Of a stretch of 25,122 nt of DNA, positions 1-8,222 are shown piece by piece (positions within the stretch are counted from its first letter, which is position 1; every line of letters starts with the position of its first letter). Position numbers and translations under genes: made by a program. The notes under the pieces were generated by a model. The model saw only the letters and a list, made by a program, of their open reading frames with translations, made no database searches and was not told the DNA's origin. This DNA is from a virus (taxonomy: Duplodnaviria > Caudoviricetes). The stretch spans positions 1 to 25,122 of IMG/VR virus record IMGVR_UViG_3300028366_000011; one strand, given 5' to 3'.

Positions 1-3000
1 GGTACTGCCGGAACAACAACTGCGACGCTTCCTGTAGCTGTGGAATGACCGCGTCCGGCGAGGTGCCGCGCTTGAAGTCGGTCAAAGCTGGCAACAGGAC
101 TGCGGCAGCGCCCGTCTCCTGCATACGCTCCGATTCGCTGACAAGCCTCACGACGCTTTCTAAGCGGTCAATCGGCGGCTGTGGCGCGGTGGGCGCGGGT
201 TTGGGCGTCGCTTGGGGCTGCGGACGCTTCTCTACCGCGCGCTGCGCAGAACTCAGCGCCTTCTGGATTGCATCGGCCCGGCTGGTCTCGCTGATCCCCT
301 CGTATGTGCCCCACGAATAGGGCTTAGACGTCGTGACGATCGCCTTCACGGCCGGCCACGACACGCCTGCATCCTTGGCCTGCGGCTTCGTCATGCGATT
401 GATCGCCGTAAGCTGGAACCCGGCGGGCATATCAGGGTCGTTGACGTTGCTTTCGTCCACGGTGGTCTTGGGCTTGGCCTGCGCCCCTGCATCCTGCTGC
501 TTGGCAGGGCGCGAAACCGGGCCGGTCGTGTCGCCCTCCAGCCATTTTTTAAAGCCCTCCACGGTCATCTTGCGCATGCCGCCCAAGCGGGCCTCGGCCT
601 TTCCGTCTTCAAACGCGTCCATGTAGGTTTCGGCGGCTGCGTTCACGCTGTCAAAGCCCAGCATGACCTTGTGTTCATCGAAGCGGCCGGTCTCGGCGTC
701 CATCTGGTCAATCACCCAGACAGCATCGGAGCCCGGACTATCGCCCATGTAGAAATCGACGTGATCGCCGTCCGCGCCCTCGGTGCGCAGGATCCGCCCG
801 TAATGCGCGGGCATGGTGACGGACCACTCGTTGCCGTTGGCGTCGGTGCCGCTGCGCTCGCCGCCTTTGCGGTTCTCGAACGAAAGGGTCAGCCCGGCCC
901 ATTGCGCCTTGCCGGTCTTGTAATTCTCGGCCTCGGCCTGCGCGGGCGTTGGATCCGGGTCGGTTTCGGCGGCGGCAGCCTCGATCGCCGCGGCGGTTTC
1001 GGGTTCGCGCGCTTTTTCAATGGCGCGTTCGACTTTCCCCTCATCAACATCATGCTCACCCACGAAGATTTGACGCCCCTTTGGGTCTCGAACGGTCGTG
1101 CGGTTCACTTCGCGCGTCACCACAAAACCGTCTTCGGTCATGCGCTCTTGAGTGGTAGTGGACTCGCTCCCTTCCATGCGGCGCGTATACCCGGGGCGCG
1201 TCGTCATTCCACGCGTGGGCGCTTGCGGCGCGGCCTCGTTATCCTCACCGGTTGCGGGTACGTCTTCGGGCTCGGCGGCGTCTTCCGCCGTGGGCTCGGC
1301 CATCGCGCTCTTGCGCACGCCGATAAACCCGCCTTTAACCTCGCGGATCTCGAAATCCTCGACCTTCTGCCCGCGATTCTTGATCGCCTGGCGCACGCCG
1401 GGCTTGCTCTTTGACGGCTGGTCGCCTTGGCGGCCAATGCCAATGACGGGCTGATCCTTGTACGTCTCGGTGACGCCGGTGCCGTCCGTGTCGATATTGC
1501 CGCGGGCGATGAGCGCGCCGTCATTTTCGATCGGCTCGCCCTTGGCGTTGAACCGGCGCAGCATCGGCTTGTCGCTGTCCAGATCGGCCTTTAGAACGCG
1601 GCTCTTATCGCCATAGACGTCGGTGACGGTGATAAGCTCGGGCTGGTCCGGGGTGGCCGGCGCGGGTTCGGGCTCGGGTGTCTCAACCGATGCCGGCGGC
1701 TCGGCGGCGATCGGCTCGGGTTCGGACGGGGCTTCGACGACCTCGGGCGCCTCAACCTGCCCCTGCTCGCCCATTTCTTGCGCGTCGGGGATGGCCGCCT
1801 GCTCGTCAACGGCACGCTGTTCTTCCATGCGCCGCTGGATCATCTCGAGCGCGCGGGCCTCGGCGCTTGCCCGGTCCATGCCGGCGCCTTCTTCCAGGAT
1901 GGCGGTCCGTTCTTCAAAATCGTCGCGGTCGACGCCCTCGGGCAACTCGATTTCGGCCGCCGGCTGCGTCATCTCAGGCGGGGTCTCGTCGTCCATGGCA
2001 AGCGGATCGGCTTCTTCCTCGGCCGCCGGCGCTTCACCCTCTGCTTCATCCTCACGCTGCGCCTCTGCGCGCGCCTCGTCAAACTCTTGCGCGGACATCG
2101 GAACTTCCTGCCCGGCGATCCGCACGGTGACGCCGCTCTGATCCTCGCGCAGAAACACGGCGTTGTAATCCCGGCCGTCCGCATCGCGCAATGCGACTTC
2201 GCCGCCCGGCTTCATGTCGGGGAACATGCCGGTCTCTTGGCCCTGCGCCATGGCTTCGGCGGCGCCCTCGGGCGCCTGCTGCGCGGCCCGGCTGATCGGC
2301 CCGGTCGGTTCGGGCATGGCCTCGGGCGCCATGATCTCGCCGTCGATCGGTGCGTCGGGCGCGGGTAGCTGCGCTTGCGGCGCAGGCTGGCTTTCTTCCT
2401 GCTGTTCCTCGCGCTGTGTGACAAGCCCGCCGGCGGCCCCCAGCGGCCCACCGCCAAGCGCGCCAAGGATGGCGGCCCCGAAAGATCCCTCCCACAAATC
2501 CACGTCCATGCCAGTCGCGTCGGAGGCGCCCTTGCGCGCGGCCACACCCTCGGCCGTCTCCTGCGCGGCTTCCTCGGTGGCGCTGAGCGCCGCGCCGCCG
2601 GCGACGCGCGTGCCAACAGACCGCCCGGCGAGGCTTTTGACGCCGCCGGTGACGATGCCGCCGGTGATTGCGCCACCCAGGGCACCGACCGGCGCGGCAT
2701 AGGTCGCGGCCAGCCGCCCGGCCGCCTCGGCGGTTTTCTGCGTGGCGACTTCATGGCTTTCGCCGTCCGCGCGGAGATCGCGGTAATACTGGCTGTCAGC
2801 CTCGAGGCGTGAAATCTGTTCGCCGTCCGGCCCCTCGACCATCTCATTGGCCGCCGCCATGACAATCCCGCGCGCCTCTTCCGCTCCAGCCCCGCCCGAT
2901 TGCAGGCCGCCGGCCACGGCACCGGCACCGGGACCGCCGATCACGGACGCCACCACGACCGGCGCGAGCGAGCCCAGCACGTCCATCGTCAGCATGGTGT

Positions 3001-3802
3001 AGCCGCGCACGCTCGGATCTTCGCCCAGCGTCCAGGTGGACGGCTTGAAGATATCGCCGTCCGGGGTGCTGGCCTTGATCGCGTCACGGCTTTCCTTGGT
3101 CACGCCTTCCTGCACAGTCTTGCCGTAATCGCGCATGCTGTCCGCGACCTTGCGCGTCGCGTCGCTGACCTGCTTCTTGCCTTCCTCGTTGATCAGGTTG
3201 AGCGGATCATAGAACCGGCTGCTGCGGAGAATGCCGAAGCCCTCGACCGCGGCCCCGGCGCCTTTCGCCACGCCGCCGGCGACCTGCTTGCGCGCATCGG
3301 CGGCATTGTCGCTTTGCAGAAGCCCAAGCGGATCATAGGCGCGGCTCGGGTCGAGCCATGACCGGCCGCCGTCATCGCCCGCGGGCTTGTCCTTGTCGCT
3401 GTCCACGCCCACGCGCTCGTATTCGGGCACGGCGCGCGCGGCGGTGATCAGGTCGTCGACCGGCGCATCTTCGCCCAGAACCGCCTTGAGCGCGGCCTTG
3501 GCGTCTTTGCCGCCGGAAATTTCTCGGCCGATCCGGCTGGCGGCTTCGGTTGCGAACGCGCCTTTCTGCGCGCCGTCCTTGAGCCCGGCGGCCTCGGTGA
3601 GCGCGATCACGAGATTGCGCGGCACCTGTGTTTCGGTGGCGATCTTGGCGTAATCGGGCGTGCCGTCCGCGTTCAGCGCGGGCGATGGCGTCTTAGGCGC
3701 CTTGTCCTGCGTGCCGAAAATGCTGCGGCCTTGCCGATCAGCTTTCTGGCGTTCCAGTTCATAATCTACGGGATTGAGCGCAAAGACGTTTTCGCGAGCC
3801 AC
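1..3802 (-). CDS. Giant virion/ejection protein, polyvalent (DarB-like) type, 3' end outside window (>=1267 aa)
   Basis: GTG at 3802 preceded by AGGAG. Manual translation begins MARENVFALNPVDYELERQK. The same frame reads sensibly at ~900 and at the left edge. It is absent from the ORF track, consistent with no stop inside the window. Contains a Gly/Ala-rich hydrophobic segment (~2440-2990), acidic Pro-rich linkers and an InPase-like domain. Confidence 0.85.
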   Translation of the reverse strand, partial: MARENVFALNPVDYELERQKADRQGRSIFGTQDKAPKTPSPALNADGTPDYAKIATETQVPRNLVIALTEAAGLKDGAQKGAFATEAASRIGREISGGKDAKAALKAVLGEDAPVDDLITAARAVPEYERVGVDSDKDKPAGDDGGRSWLDPSRAYDPLGLLQSDNAADARKQVAGGVAKGAGAAVEGFGILRSSRFYDPLNLINEEGKKQVSDATRKVADSMRDYGKTVQEGVTKESRDAIKASTPDGDIFKPSTWTLGEDPSVRGYTMLTMDVLGSLAPVVVASVIGGPGAGAVAGGLQSGGAGAEEARGIVMAAANEMVEGPDGEQISRLEADSQYYRDLRADGESHEVATQKTAEAAGRLAATYAAPVGALGGAITGGIVTGGVKSLAGRSVGTRVAGGAALSATEEAAQETAEGVAARKGASDATGMDVDLWEGSFGAAILGALGGGPLGAAGGLVTQREEQQEESQPAPQAQLPAPDAPIDGEIMAPEAMPEPTGPISRAAQQAPEGAAEAMAQGQETGMFPDMKPGGEVALRDADGRDYNAVFLREDQSGVTVRIAGQEVPMSAQEFDEARAEAQREDEAEGEAPAAEEEADPLAMDDETPPEMTQPAAEIELPEGVDRDDFEERTAILEEGAGMDRASAEARALEMIQRRMEEQRAVDEQAAIPDAQEMGEQGQVEAPEVVEAPSEPEPIAAEPPASVETPEPEPAPATPDQPELITVTDVYGDKSRVLKADLDSDKPMLRRFNAKGEPIENDGALIARGNIDTDGTGVTETYKDQPVIGIGRQGDQPSKSKPGVRQAIKNRGQKVEDFEIREVKGGFIGVRKSAMAEPTAEDAAEPEDVPATGEDNEAAPQAPTRGMTTRPGYTRRMEGSESTTTQERMTEDGFVVTREVNRTTVRDPKGRQIFVGEHDVDEGKVERAIEKAREPETAAAIEAAAAETDPDPTPAQAEAENYKTGKAQWAGLTLSFENRKGGERSGTDANGNEWSVTMPAHYGRILRTEGADGDHVDFYMGDSPGSDAVWVIDQMDAETGRFDEHKVMLGFDSVNAAAETYMDAFEDGKAEARLGGMRKMTVEGFKKWLEGDTTGPVSRPAKQQDAGAQAKPKTTVDESNVNDPDMPAGFQLTAINRMTKPQAKDAGVSWPAVKAIVTTSKPYSWGTYEGISETSRADAIQKALSSAQRAVEKRPQPQATPKPAPTAPQPPIDRLESVVRLVSESERMQETGAAAVLLPALTDFKRGTSPDAVIPQLQEASQLLFRQY
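524..960 (-). other. Inorganic pyrophosphatase-like (InPase) domain within the giant ORF
   Basis: Manual translation PTPAQAEAENYKTG...SFENRKGGERSGTD...WSVTMPAHYGRILRTEGADGDHVDFYMG...VIDQ...FDEHKVMLGF...FKKWL matches the InPase domain pattern of phage/plasmid polyvalent proteins. Confidence 0.85.
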
Positions 3803-3831
3803 GGCAGTCTCCTAGATGGAGTTTCAAGCGG

Positions 3832-3848
3832 CCACACATCATGCGCGG
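3832..3848 (-). promoter_or_regulatory. Leader hairpin CCGCGCA-TGA-TGTGTGG (conserved motif, copy 4)
   Basis: Core CGCATGATGTG at 3835-3845, about 32 nt upstream of the giant ORF start. 7-bp stem including G-U pairs. Confidence 0.7.
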
Positions 3849-3898
3849 TATGTCTCGCGCACAGTAGCAAATACTGGGGCGACAGGAAAGCGCACAAT

Positions 3899-3931
3899 AA
3901 GAAAAGACCCGGCGGATGGACTCGCCGGGCC
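3899..3931 (-). terminator. Rho-independent terminator
   Basis: GGCCCGGCG-AGTCCATC-CGCCGGGTC followed by TTTTCTT on the minus strand. Confidence 0.8.
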
Positions 3932-3989
3932 TTCCCTCTTGGAACTCGATCACGTTACGCGGCGGACGAGACCTGCAACAATGACCGAT
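3899..3989 (-). ncRNA. Candidate ~90-nt small RNA
   Basis: Lies between a sigma70-like promoter (3996-4024) and the terminator. Has a 13-bp stem (3988-3975 pairing with 3958-3946) and a small hairpin TTCC-AAGAG-GGAA (3932-3944). Confidence 0.45.
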
Positions 3990-3995
3990 GCCGAT

Positions 3996-4024
3996 CTTGT
4001 ACGTTGATGCGCGCGCGTGGTCAA
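3996..4024 (-). promoter_or_regulatory. Putative sigma70 promoter TTGACC-N17-TACAAG
   Basis: -35 TTGACC at 4024-4019, exact 17-nt spacer, -10 TACAAG at 4001-3996. Intergenic position. Confidence 0.55.
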
Positions 4025-4029
4025 TCGCG

Positions 4030-5871
4030 TTATTGGAGGCGCGGTGGCTCCTGCTGCGGCGCCCCGCCGCCCTGGCCGGTCGACGCCCCCGCCGACATGC
4101 CGAGACGACGGTAGACGTTCTGCCGCGCGATCTCTTCAATCTGGTCCTCGGTCATCTTGTCGGTGTTGAACTCCTGCGACGTGCGGATGCTGTCGGCCTC
4201 GCGCCGGATCTCCTGCGCCATCTCCATGCGGTCGATCGGTTCCACCGCGCTGCGCTGGTTCTTCATGCGCATTTCGCGTGCCTGCTGGCTCAAGCCCCAG
4301 AGGTATTCGAACGTCTGTTCGGGCGCGAGCGTGTAGACCGCCATCTCGACGATGTCCTGCTGGTTGTCGTACTCCTGAACAGAGACCTCGCCGGTCTCGT
4401 CGTTGCGCACAGCCAGCGTCGCGCCGGTGATGTTGCCCTGCCGGTCATGCTTGAACCTGGTCTGTTCCGGGTCGATCGACATGCCGTCGTCGATGGCGTT
4501 GTACGTGGCGGACAGGTGTTCGATGAATCGGTCCTCATCGCCGTTGGTGATGGCCCAGATCGCTTTCGACCAGCTTGCCATCTGGCCCTTGACCTTCTGG
4601 CTGTCGGCCCATTCCTGGAACGCGGTGGCTTTCTCCACGTCGCCTTGCTTGAGGAAATGGTCGATGATCTTGGGAACCGCCGTCTCGGCATAGTGCTGCA
4701 TGAAGGTCTGCGAAGCGCGCTCTTCGTCGGCGGGGTTCACGTCTCCGTTGCCCATGACGCCGCGCGACGCCTGCTGCGTGTCCTGCATGGCTGCGCTGGC
4801 CGACGTGACGGACGGGGCCCCGCCTTGGCCGGGCGGGTTCTGGGTCGCCTGCTGGTCAAGCTCTGCCGTGGACGCCTCGCGCACATCGAGGTTGCCCGCC
4901 TTCGGGGCGGCTCCGGGCGCACCGGGGCGCGCGGGCGCGGCGGGGCGCTGCTGATCCGGCGCGGGCTGCTCGGGGGTGCCGGGCCGGGCCGGGCCGGGCG
5001 TGCCGCCGGTGGGGCCGGGACCGATCGGACCATCACGTCGGGCCGTCATGCCGCTTGGTGCTTGCGGCGCGGGCGGCTGCTGCGCGGCCATTTGCGGGCG
5101 TTGGCCGCCGGGCGTCGTCGGCCGCGTCTGCGGCGGCGTTGGCGTTTGCTGGCCATCCATCTGCGCGAAAAGCTGCTGATCCTCGGGGCGCATGCCCGCC
5201 CAAAGCTGCTCGATACCGATGCCGACCTGCTGCGCGGCCTGTTGCGCGCGCGGGTTCTCGGCAAAGCTGCGCGGCATGGGCGCGTCGGGGCCGGTCGGGG
5301 CCGTGCCGGCGGATCCGCGCACCGATCGTCCGGGCTGCGGCATGGCGGCGGGACCGGGCGGCACGGCAGGCGCGGCGCCCTGTTCCGGCCCCGGCGCTTG
5401 CGGCGGCTGGCCGTTGGACGCGGCCATGGGCTGCTGCGGCCCCTCGCTGCTGACACTCGGCTGTTGGGCAATGCTGCGCGGGCGCATCTGCGGGCGCTGC
5501 GGGGCGGCCTCGGGCGGTTGTTCCGCGGCGGGCTGGCTCATGATGCTGCGCGACGAGGTGCGCGGCTGCGATTCCGTTTCCGGCTGTCCATCGGCGCCGT
5601 AGCTCTCGCGCGCGTCCGTGTAGATGCCGGCGATCGCCTCGCGGTCATCCTCGGCGCGCTGCCATTGGTCCATCTGCCGCTCGCGCTGCGTGCGGGTATA
5701 GTCGCGGTTCTCGCGGGTCCAGTCTTGGTTTTCACGCTGAACGTCGCGGCTTTCCTGCTCCCACTCCCACCGCTTGTCGTTGCGCTTGCGCTGCGTCTTG
5801 CGATCCTTGACCTTCTCGCCGTACTCGTAGCCTTGGAAAGCGCCTTCGATGAATGAACCCAGACCGGCCAT
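4030..5871 (-). CDS. Probable internal virion/DNA ejection protein, 613 aa
   Basis: Amphipathic Gly-rich N-terminus, charged coiled segment, long P/Q/A-rich disordered middle and folded C-terminal part. Sits between the tail genes and the giant protein. Confidence 0.7.
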   Translation of the reverse strand: MAGLGSFIEGAFQGYEYGEKVKDRKTQRKRNDKRWEWEQESRDVQRENQDWTRENRDYTRTQRERQMDQWQRAEDDREAIAGIYTDARESYGADGQPETESQPRTSSRSIMSQPAAEQPPEAAPQRPQMRPRSIAQQPSVSSEGPQQPMAASNGQPPQAPGPEQGAAPAVPPGPAAMPQPGRSVRGSAGTAPTGPDAPMPRSFAENPRAQQAAQQVGIGIEQLWAGMRPEDQQLFAQMDGQQTPTPPQTRPTTPGGQRPQMAAQQPPAPQAPSGMTARRDGPIGPGPTGGTPGPARPGTPEQPAPDQQRPAAPARPGAPGAAPKAGNLDVREASTAELDQQATQNPPGQGGAPSVTSASAAMQDTQQASRGVMGNGDVNPADEERASQTFMQHYAETAVPKIIDHFLKQGDVEKATAFQEWADSQKVKGQMASWSKAIWAITNGDEDRFIEHLSATYNAIDDGMSIDPEQTRFKHDRQGNITGATLAVRNDETGEVSVQEYDNQQDIVEMAVYTLAPEQTFEYLWGLSQQAREMRMKNQRSAVEPIDRMEMAQEIRREADSIRTSQEFNTDKMTEDQIEEIARQNVYRRLGMSAGASTGQGGGAPQQEPPRLQ

Positions 5872-5880
5872 GCTGCCCCC

Positions 5881-6609
5881 TTACCTGTAGAATTGGCTGA
5901 CGATGCTTTCGCCCTGCCCCATGATGCTGCGCTCGTTGGCCGGGGCCGCGCCGCCGGTGGATGGGCCGGTGTAGGTGTCGCGCCCCGCATCCGCGCGCCC
6001 GAACACATGGTTGCCGATGCGGTGCCAGTTGCCACCGCCGCCCTGCCCCCATTCGGGGTTGGCGGCCGCCGGGTTGTAGTAATGCGTCGCGCCGCCGGTC
6101 GGATCCTTGTAATCGCCAGACAAGATCGCGTCCGCGGCCTTGTAGGCGTCCTGCGACGGGTTGCGCTTCGACATATCAAGCCCGCCCTCGCCGCCGGCGT
6201 ATCCGGTCACGCTGTTCCAGGCGCTGAACTGGCCGGGCTTCATGATGACCTCGCGCACGTCGCCGCCATACCCGCCTTCCTTGGCGCGGTTGGCGATGAC
6301 CGATCCTGCGGCGAGCATGCCGTCATAGCCTTCGCCCGCGGCCTCTGCGTCGAGCGTCATAGCCAGAAGGTCGCGCTGGTTCTCGGGGGCGGCGCCGCCC
6401 CCGGCGATCGACCGCCCGCGCAAGCGCGTGCCGCCGCCTTCCGGCACGAACGGCGGCGTCCCGGCATAGCCTTCTTCTCCGGGCCGCGCATGATCGCCGC
6501 TCTTTTTCGCCATATCCTCGAGAATACCGCGCTCCTTGCGCCGCTCCTTGATGCCCTCGCCGCCCTGGTAGCCGCCGACAAGGCCACTGAGAAAAGCGCC
6601 TGTGCTCAT
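5881..6609 (-). CDS. Virion-associated cell wall hydrolase (SleB/Hydrolase_2-like), 242 aa
   Basis: Motifs LAMTLDAEAAGEG, VIANR, VIMKPGQFS, DPTGGATHYYNP and IGNHVF are typical of SleB-family lytic transglycosylases. Confidence 0.85.
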   Translation of the reverse strand: MSTGAFLSGLVGGYQGGEGIKERRKERGILEDMAKKSGDHARPGEEGYAGTPPFVPEGGGTRLRGRSIAGGGAAPENQRDLLAMTLDAEAAGEGYDGMLAAGSVIANRAKEGGYGGDVREVIMKPGQFSAWNSVTGYAGGEGGLDMSKRNPSQDAYKAADAILSGDYKDPTGGATHYYNPAAANPEWGQGGGGNWHRIGNHVFGRADAGRDTYTGPSTGGAAPANERSIMGQGESIVSQFYR

Positions 6610-7658
6610 TGTGCCGCTCCTGCAATGCTGCGTGGTGCCGGGCCGGTCTGCATGCCCTCGGTCATCTCACGGTCCATGACGCTGCGCTTCTTCGGGCCCT
6701 TGCCGCCTTCCAGCTTGTCGACCTTGCGGGACAGTTCCTGAACCGCGCCCAGGGTGACGCCCATCATGTCCTGCATCGGGATGGTCTTGCCATCACCCTT
6801 GCCTGTGGCCGCTTGGAAATCCTCGGCATAGGGGCCGATATGCCGGCCCTCGTCGGCGATGCCGTCCTTGTAGGACCATTCCTCGACCGGCATGCTATTG
6901 GCAACTTCGAGCACGCCGCGCGCCGGGCGCTTGTCTTCCTTGTAATCTTTCGAACTCATGGCGAGCGACATCCCAAGCCCGGCCACCGAGCCCAAGCCGC
7001 CCATCATGGAACTGCTCTGCTGCTGGTCCGCTTTCCACGTTTGAAGCTGCTGATTGTATTGCGTGTTCAGCATTTGCCCCTGCTGGCCATAACCCTGCAT
7101 GGCGCCGCTGAACCCCTGCGAGGTGGCGTTGTTGGATAGCCCCAGCGAGGTGGCCGGGTTCACGGCCATGCCGGATCCCATGTTGATCGCGTTGGCGACC
7201 TCGGCGTCGTTCTTGTCCTCGGCCCGGTTGCGCTGTTGCAGGCGCGTGGTGTTGCGCGCGCCGGTCGTGCCAAGGGCCTCAGTCAATTCAGACCGCCGCG
7301 TGGCCTCTGTCGATCGGCCAGCCGCCGGGTTGACCCCGGACGCGGCCAGCCGGCGCTCTTCCTGCCCTTGGGCAAGGCTGAACTGCCGGCGCGCGTCCGC
7401 GCCCGCGCGCTCGACCGCGGCGTCGACTTCGGAATAATCCGGCCCGGCCATCGCGTCGGTGATGTACTGGTCCTGCATCGGCTCAAACACGGTCTTGTAG
7501 CGTTCGCGGTCGTCAGCCGCCCACCGGTTCGAAACCGCGGCCTGCTCCTTCATGAAGCCGAGATAGTCCTCGCCGATCTGCGCCGATTTCATCGCGGCCT
7601 TGCCAATGTTCGGATCCGGTTCGGGCGCGCTGCCGCCGCCGCCGCCATAAATGCCCAT
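6606..7658 (-). CDS. Probable ejection protein with C-terminal peptidase S74 (intramolecular chaperone) domain, 350 aa
   Basis: Start reassigned to ATG 7658 (TAATG overlap with the upstream stop). N-terminus MGIYGGGGGSAPEPDP. C-terminal SSKDYKED...WSYK...HIGPYAEDF...LGAVQELSRKVDKLE fits the S74 pattern. Confidence 0.8.
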   Translation of the reverse strand: MGIYGGGGGSAPEPDPNIGKAAMKSAQIGEDYLGFMKEQAAVSNRWAADDRERYKTVFEPMQDQYITDAMAGPDYSEVDAAVERAGADARRQFSLAQGQEERRLAASGVNPAAGRSTEATRRSELTEALGTTGARNTTRLQQRNRAEDKNDAEVANAINMGSGMAVNPATSLGLSNNATSQGFSGAMQGYGQQGQMLNTQYNQQLQTWKADQQQSSSMMGGLGSVAGLGMSLAMSSKDYKEDKRPARGVLEVANSMPVEEWSYKDGIADEGRHIGPYAEDFQAATGKGDGKTIPMQDMMGVTLGAVQELSRKVDKLEGGKGPKKRSVMDREMTEGMQTGPAPRSIAGAAQ

Positions 7659-8119
7659 TATTCGGCCTCCCACTGTTCAAAGGTTTCGGGCGACGCCTGG
7701 TGGCTAAATTCTTGAATTTGCTGCGCGACTTCCTTGGCGTGATCATACCCGCCGCAGATGAACGCGACGGTATAGGCGACGTGTTCAATGGCCTCGCGCC
7801 CCACGAAGCCGAACATACGCGTCTTGCGATTACTGCTGTGGCGCCAATGCTCGCTCATGTCCCACATGAGAACGCCGTTCATCATGCTGGCACCCAAAGC
7901 CGCGCTGTGGCGCTGGAAAAACGGGTTGGTGGCGTGTTCGAGCCATGCTCTGATCAGAAGGTTGGACATATCACCGACCGGATCCATGGTGTCCTCGTCG
8001 GCAATGTCGTCGGCAAGCCGGACCATGTGCATGACGTTCACGAGAAACCGCGCCGCCTCGTCATCGCCGCGAGCCCATTCGAGCGCCAGATCGTTCAACT
8101 GATGAGATGGAAGCGGCAT
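7658..8119 (-). CDS. Hypothetical helical protein with DDxxD motif (isoprenoid synthase/prenyltransferase-like), 153 aa
   Basis: RLADDIADED at ~7991-8020. AAAGG upstream. Translationally coupled to the next gene. Function is inferred from the motif only. Confidence 0.6.
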   Translation of the reverse strand: MPLPSHQLNDLALEWARGDDEAARFLVNVMHMVRLADDIADEDTMDPVGDMSNLLIRAWLEHATNPFFQRHSAALGASMMNGVLMWDMSEHWRHSSNRKTRMFGFVGREAIEHVAYTVAFICGGYDHAKEVAQQIQEFSHQASPETFEQWEAE

Positions 8120-8157
8120 GATATGACGGGCCTTTCGTCTGATCTAAGACTGTCGGG

Positions 8158-8174
8158 CCGCACATCTTGCGCGG
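8158..8174 (-). promoter_or_regulatory. Leader hairpin CCGCGCA-AGA-TGTGCGG (conserved motif, copy 3)
   Basis: Core CGCAAGATGTG at 8161-8171, about 41 nt upstream of ATG 8119. 7-bp stem. Confidence 0.7.
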
Positions 8175-8222
8175 GGATGCCGCACGAATACCACATCTGC
8201 GCGCAGAATAGAAGATGAAGCG

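Noticed and set aside
3968-3977. 10-mer TGCAGGTCTC shared between the candidate sRNA and the capsid leader (17956-17965)
   Set aside because: It is on the same strand rather than antisense, and a single 10-nt match could arise by chance.
3988-5856. 622-aa plus-strand ORF and the other long plus-strand ORFs (e.g. 212-1414, 16747-17985, 23063-24103)
   Set aside because: They are antisense shadows of high-GC minus-strand genes, with Arg/Leu/Gly-rich composition and no recognisable motifs.
5881-6609. SleB-like gene as the lysis endolysin
   Set aside because: No adjacent holin or spanin. It shares an N-terminal leader and RSI motifs with neighbouring ejection proteins, so a virion-associated role fits better.
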